Positions 8,817-12,659 of a DNA stretch of 12,659 nucleotides are shown one piece after another. Made by a program: the position numbers and the translations under genes. Numbering within the stretch: the first letter of the stretch is position 1; each line of letters starts with the position of its first letter. The notes beneath the pieces are model-generated. The model saw only the letters and a list, made by a program, of their open reading frames with translations, searched no databases and had not been told where the DNA came from. This DNA comes from an uncultured Janthinobacterium sp. (lineage in GTDB: Bacteria; Vulcanimicrobiota; Vulcanimicrobiia; Vulcanimicrobiales; Vulcanimicrobiaceae): positions 1 through 12,659 of the forward strand of contig CAZZXB010000089.1 of NCBI GenBank assembly GCA_964658025.1. The letters run 5' to 3'.

Positions 8817-9649
8817 TGTCGATGGGATTTTTCACCGACACGACGCTCTGCATCGGCTGCAAGGCCTGCGAGGTCGCCTGCAAGCAGTGGAATCAGTTGC
8901 CCGCGGACGGTTTGGAATTCACGGGCGAGTCGTACGACAACACGTCGCATCTCGCGGGGACGACGTGGCGTCACGTCGCGTTCGTCGAGCAGATCGCGCC
9001 GCCCGAAGCGCCGCCCGATCTGAGCAAGTGGCTCATGATGAGCGACGTGTGCAAGCACTGCACGAACGCCGGCTGTCTCGAGGCGTGTCCGACGGGCGCG
9101 ATCGTGCGCAACGAGTTCGACGACGTCTACATCCAGCCCGACGTCTGTAACGGGTGCGGCTACTGCGTGCCGTCGTGTCCGTTCGGCGTCGTCGACATCA
9201 TCGGTCACGCCGATTACACGAAGGGTCGCGCGTTCGCCGCGGACGGCCGCACGCACGACGACGCGACGCAGACGCGCGGCGGCGTCGCGGGGAAGTGCAC
9301 GCTCTGCTACGACCGCCAGAAGGCGAACCTCGAGCCCGCGTGCGCGAAGGCGTGTCCGACGGAATCGATCCAGTTCGGCGACGTCGCGGAATTGCAGGTA
9401 CGCGCGAAGGCGCGCGTCGAGACGCTCCGCGCGCGCGGCACGGAATCGTATCTCTACGGCGTCGACACCGATACGTCGGTCGGCGATCTCAACGCGTTCT
9501 TTCTGCTCACGGAAGCGCCCGGCGCCTACAATCTGCCCGAGCGTCCCGTGCTTCCGTCGACGCACCAGCGCGCCGGATATTCGAGCGCGGCGGTCGCCGC
9601 GATCGCGCTCGTGGCGGCGGGTCTCGCGATCTTCCGTACGCGCGCGTGA
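8816..9649 (+). CDS. fdnH: Formate dehydrogenase iron-sulfur (beta) subunit, 4x[4Fe-4S], with C-terminal membrane helix, 277 aa
   Basis: ATG overlaps the alpha stop (TGATG). Motifs FFTDTTLCIGCKACEVACKQWN, CKHCTNAGCLEACP, CNGCGYCVPSCP, KCTLCYDR...PACAKACPT; hydrophobic tail AAVAAIALVAAGLAIF. Confidence 0.92.
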   Translation: MSMGFFTDTTLCIGCKACEVACKQWNQLPADGLEFTGESYDNTSHLAGTTWRHVAFVEQIAPPEAPPDLSKWLMMSDVCKHCTNAGCLEACPTGAIVRNEFDDVYIQPDVCNGCGYCVPSCPFGVVDIIGHADYTKGRAFAADGRTHDDATQTRGGVAGKCTLCYDRQKANLEPACAKACPTESIQFGDVAELQVRAKARVETLRARGTESYLYGVDTDTSVGDLNAFFLLTEAPGAYNLPERPVLPSTHQRAGYSSAAVAAIALVAAGLAIFRTRA

Positions 9650-10581
9650 CGCACGCGCCGCCGCCGACGCTCCCGCCGACGTATTACGAACGGCCGCTGT
9701 TACGCGAGCCCGAGTGGGGCTGGCAGGTCATCTCGTATCTCTTTCTCGGCGGCGTCATGGGCGGCTCGGGGATCCTCGTGTTTCTCGCGGGCGACGACGA
9801 GGATCGTACGCTCAAACGCAACGCGCGGTACGTCGCGTTCGCGCTCGCGACGTCGTGTCCGGCGATCCTCATCGCGCACCTCGGTCGGCCCGAACGCTTC
9901 CTGCACATGCTCCGCGTCGTGAAGTTCAAGTCGGTGATGTCGATGGGCGTGTGGAGCCTCATCGCGTTTTCGTTGCCGACGACGCTCGCGGCGGCCGCGC
10001 AGGCGGCGCGCGACGGCCTCCTGCCCGCCTCGCTCGGTTGGATCCGCCGTCTCGCGCTCCCGCGATTGCTCGATCCGCTGCAAGCCTCGATCGGCGCGTT
10101 CTTGTGCGGCTACACGGGCGTGCTGCTCAGCGCGACCGCGATCCCGGTGTGGGCGATCGGCAAGCGGCACATCCCGGCGTTCAGTCTCTGTTCGGGCGTC
10201 GCCGGAGCGTGCGCGCTCAACGCCGCTTTGCTCGCGCTCGAACGTGAGGTGCCGCACGAGACGCTCCGAAAAATCGAGCGTTTGGAGTCGGTCGCGGCGG
10301 CGGCCGAAGTCGCGCTCGTCCTCGCGTTCCGTCGCCACGCGGGAAAGCTCGGCGACCCGATGTTTTCGGGGCCGCGGGGCAAAAAAGTCGGCGCCTTCAC
10401 GCTTCTGGGCGGGGGCCTCGTTCCGGCGATCTTGAAATTCATCCCGGTGAACGGTCGGGTGAAGACGCTTCTCGGGTCGATGCTGACGCTCGTCGGCGGG
10501 TACGTCCTGCGCGAGTCGTTGATCGAGGCCGGCAAGTCGTCGTCGGGCGATCCGCGCGCGGCGGCGCGGCAGCCGGAGTGA
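9646..10581 (+). CDS. nrfD: NrfD/PsrC-family polytopic membrane anchor subunit, 311 aa
   Basis: GTG overlaps the beta stop (GTGA). YY.RPLL..P.W.W....YLFLGG..GGS, LI.HLGRPERFLHML..VK..S.MSMG.W.L and YTGVLLSATAIP.W are NrfD-type motifs, with multiple hydrophobic segments. Confidence 0.85.
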   Translation: MTHAPPPTLPPTYYERPLLREPEWGWQVISYLFLGGVMGGSGILVFLAGDDEDRTLKRNARYVAFALATSCPAILIAHLGRPERFLHMLRVVKFKSVMSMGVWSLIAFSLPTTLAAAAQAARDGLLPASLGWIRRLALPRLLDPLQASIGAFLCGYTGVLLSATAIPVWAIGKRHIPAFSLCSGVAGACALNAALLALEREVPHETLRKIERLESVAAAAEVALVLAFRRHAGKLGDPMFSGPRGKKVGAFTLLGGGLVPAILKFIPVNGRVKTLLGSMLTLVGGYVLRESLIEAGKSSSGDPRAAARQPE

Positions 10582-10585
10582 ACGC

Positions 10586-11455
10586 GTGATCGACGCGAAC
10601 GTCGAGACGCGCCCGGGTCCGACCGTCGAGACGCGCATCGTCCGCATCGACGGCGGCGTCGCGAAGCGCGGCTTCGATCGGCTCGCGACCGAGGAACCGC
10701 TCGAGATCCGTCTGCGCGCGGGCGACGCGACGAAGACGATCGCGATCACGATGCGCACGCCCGGCAACGATTTCGAACTCGCAGCCGGATTCTTATATAA
10801 CGAAGGCGTGCTCGCGAGCCTCGCCGACCTGCGCGGCATGTCGTACTGCCTTTCGGATGAGGTCGCGCCCGACCAACAATACAACATCGTCAACGTCGAT
10901 CTCGCACGCGGCGACCTGCCGCCGCTCGACGCGCTCGAGCGACACTTCACGACGACGAGCGCGTGCGGTATCTGCGGCAAGGCGAGTCTCGAGGCGCTCC
11001 ACATCGCGGGCGTCGCGCCGCTCGACGACCCCTTCGTCGTCGACGCGGCGACGATCGTCGCGCTCCCGGAGCGTCTGCGCGAGACGCAGCGCGTGTTCGA
11101 GAAGACGGGCGGCCTCCACGCGGCGGCGTTATTCGATCGCGACGGGACGTTACTCGCCGTGCGCGAGGACGTCGGCCGCCACAACGCGCTCGACAAACTG
11201 ATCGGTTGGGCGTTCCTCAACCGCAAGACGCCGCTCTCGGAATGCGTCGTGCTCGTGAGCGGTCGCGCGAGCTACGAGCTCGTGCAGAAAACGCTCGCCG
11301 CGCGCGCCCCCGTGCTCTGCGCCGTCTCCGCACCGAGCAGTCTCGCCGTCGATCTCGCGCGCGAATTCGGCATCACGCTCGTCGGCTTCTTACGCGATTC
11401 GCATTTCAACGTCTACGCCCACGAACGTCGGATCGCCGGCGCCGCCGCGCCGTGA
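10586..11455 (+). CDS. fdhD: Formate dehydrogenase accessory sulfurtransferase FdhD, 289 aa
   Basis: EEPLEIR, TMRTPG.DFELAAGFL..EG, TSACGICG (CxxC), F..TGGLHAAALF, REDVGRHNALDKLIG, SGRASYELVQK, VSAPSSLAV; GGAG at 10575-10578. Confidence 0.96.
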   Translation: MIDANVETRPGPTVETRIVRIDGGVAKRGFDRLATEEPLEIRLRAGDATKTIAITMRTPGNDFELAAGFLYNEGVLASLADLRGMSYCLSDEVAPDQQYNIVNVDLARGDLPPLDALERHFTTTSACGICGKASLEALHIAGVAPLDDPFVVDAATIVALPERLRETQRVFEKTGGLHAAALFDRDGTLLAVREDVGRHNALDKLIGWAFLNRKTPLSECVVLVSGRASYELVQKTLAARAPVLCAVSAPSSLAVDLAREFGITLVGFLRDSHFNVYAHERRIAGAAAP

Positions 11456-12659
11456 TCGGATTCGAGGACGCACGCGCGGCCGTCGTCGCGACGGCGCGTC
11501 GTCTGGAGCCCGAGACGATCGCGCTCGCGGACGCGCTCGATCGCGTGCTCGCCGACGACGCGATCGCCCGCGACGATCTCGTCCCGTTCGCCCGCTCCGC
11601 GATGGACGGCTTCGCGCTGCGCGCGGAGGACACGACGCGCGCGCCCGTCGAGCTTCGCGTTCGCGCCGCCGTATACGCGGAAGCGGGCGAGGCCTTCGCG
11701 CACGATCCCGGAACCGCCGTCACGATCGCCACGGGCGCGCCGATCCCGATCGGCGCCGACGCGGTCGTGCCGATCGAACGGGTCGTCGTCCGCGGCGGCG
11801 CCGTCCTCGTCGCGTCGAGCGTGCGCGCGGGCGATCACGTCTTTCCGCCGGGCGAAGACGCCCTGCGCGGAGATCTGCTCGTCGCTTCCGGTACGCCGCT
11901 CGCGCCGGGGATGCTCGGCCTCCTCGCTTCCGCGGGCTTCGCGCGCGTCTCCGTCGTGCGCAAGCCGCGCGTCGCGATCGTCTGCACGGGCGAGGAACTC
12001 GTCGGCGTCGCCGAGACTCCGGGCTTCGGCCAGATCCGAAACAGTAACGGCAGCCTGATCGCCGCCGCGGCGACGCGCTTCGGTGCCGAGGTCGTGTCGA
12101 ACGAACGGGTTCGCGACGAGGAGGCGCTCGTGCGCGCCGCGCTCGCGCGCGCGTTCGAGCGCGCGGATCTCGTCGTCACGTCGGGCGGCGCGTCCGTCGG
12201 CGAGCGCGATTACGTGAAGGCCGTGCTGCGCTCGCTCGGCGCGGCGTTCGCGTTCGACGCGGTCGCGCTCCGACCGGCGCGTCCGACGGCGTTCGGTCGC
12301 CGCGGCGACGCCCTCTTTGCGGCGCTCGCGGGTAACCCCGCCGCGGCGTTCGTCGCGCTCCACGAGTTCGTGCGACCCGCGATCGCGACGCTCGCCGGAA
12401 ATCGCACCGCCGCGATGCCGCGCATCGTCGCGCGTCTCGACGGCCGCCTGCACGGCAAGTCGCGGCGCACGTTTCTGCCGTTCGTCCGCCTCCACGTCGA
12501 TCCGAGCGGCTTCGTCGCAGAGCCTCTCGACAATCAGTGCTCGGCGCTCACCCGAACCGCTTCGGACGCGAACGGCTTCGCGATCGTTCGCGACGACATG
12601 GGCGACCTCGGCCCGGGCGACGCGCTCGAGGTCGACGTGTTCGCGTGGGAGGGCGTCGG
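11452..12659 (+). CDS. moeA: Molybdopterin molybdotransferase MoeA (gephyrin-E-like), ~402 aa visible, stop beyond the window
   Basis: GTG overlaps the fdhD stop (GTGA). Manual translation MIGFEDARAAV...DRVLADD...PFARSAMDGFALRAED...IATGAPIPIGADAVVPIE...PGED...PRVAIVCTGEEL...GQIRNSN...VVTSGGASVGERDYVK...GNP. The frame is open to the window end and absent from the ORF track. Confidence 0.93.
   Translation, partial: MIGFEDARAAVVATARRLEPETIALADALDRVLADDAIARDDLVPFARSAMDGFALRAEDTTRAPVELRVRAAVYAEAGEAFAHDPGTAVTIATGAPIPIGADAVVPIERVVVRGGAVLVASSVRAGDHVFPPGEDALRGDLLVASGTPLAPGMLGLLASAGFARVSVVRKPRVAIVCTGEELVGVAETPGFGQIRNSNGSLIAAAATRFGAEVVSNERVRDEEALVRAALARAFERADLVVTSGGASVGERDYVKAVLRSLGAAFAFDAVALRPARPTAFGRRGDALFAALAGNPAAAFVALHEFVRPAIATLAGNRTAAMPRIVARLDGRLHGKSRRTFLPFVRLHVDPSGFVAEPLDNQCSALTRTASDANGFAIVRDDMGDLGPGDALEVDVFAWEGV

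Noticed and set aside
8684..9645. Longer starts for the beta (8684) and NrfD (9154) subunits
   Set aside because: They lie deep inside upstream genes. Coupled starts at 8816 and 9646 match where family motifs begin.
6066..12533. Long minus-strand ORFs (381, 516, 326, 508, 360 aa) opposite the fdh operon
   Set aside because: These are shadow ORFs expected from high GC3 bias, with no recognisable motifs, fully overlapping well-supported genes.
1..12659. tRNA-Sec, Moco riboswitch, CRISPR array, intrinsic terminators
   Set aside because: The window is almost fully coding. The only gap (81 bp) shows no cloverleaf, riboswitch-sized structure, spaced repeats or hairpin with a U-tract.

Overview
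High-GC bacterial window with two divergent, tightly coupled gene clusters separated by an 81-bp intergenic region (5469-5549). On the minus strand is an alpha-glucan cluster: a ~901-aa GH63/MGH1-like glucosidase, glycogen debranching enzyme GlgX, and the 5' end of 4-alpha-glucanotransferase MalQ. On the plus strand is a formate dehydrogenase operon: an FdnG/FdoG-type catalytic subunit, a 4x[4Fe-4S] subunit, an NrfD/PsrC-type membrane anchor, FdhD and MoeA (running off the window). The ORF track misses three things. (1) The FDH catalytic gene is one ~1088-aa selenoprotein read through an in-frame UGA (6123-6125, QARI-U-HSSTVPGLG), with a SECIS-like hairpin starting 11 nt downstream. (2) moeA starts at 11452. 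(3) The MalQ frame switches in-frame near position 346 to the C-terminus of an actinobacterial-looking M28 peptidase with different codon usage, most likely a chimeric junction. The FDH has no recognisable Tat signal and uses an NrfD-type rather than FdnI-type anchor. No RNA genes, CRISPR arrays or mobile elements were seen. Family assignments come from motif recognition, not database searches.
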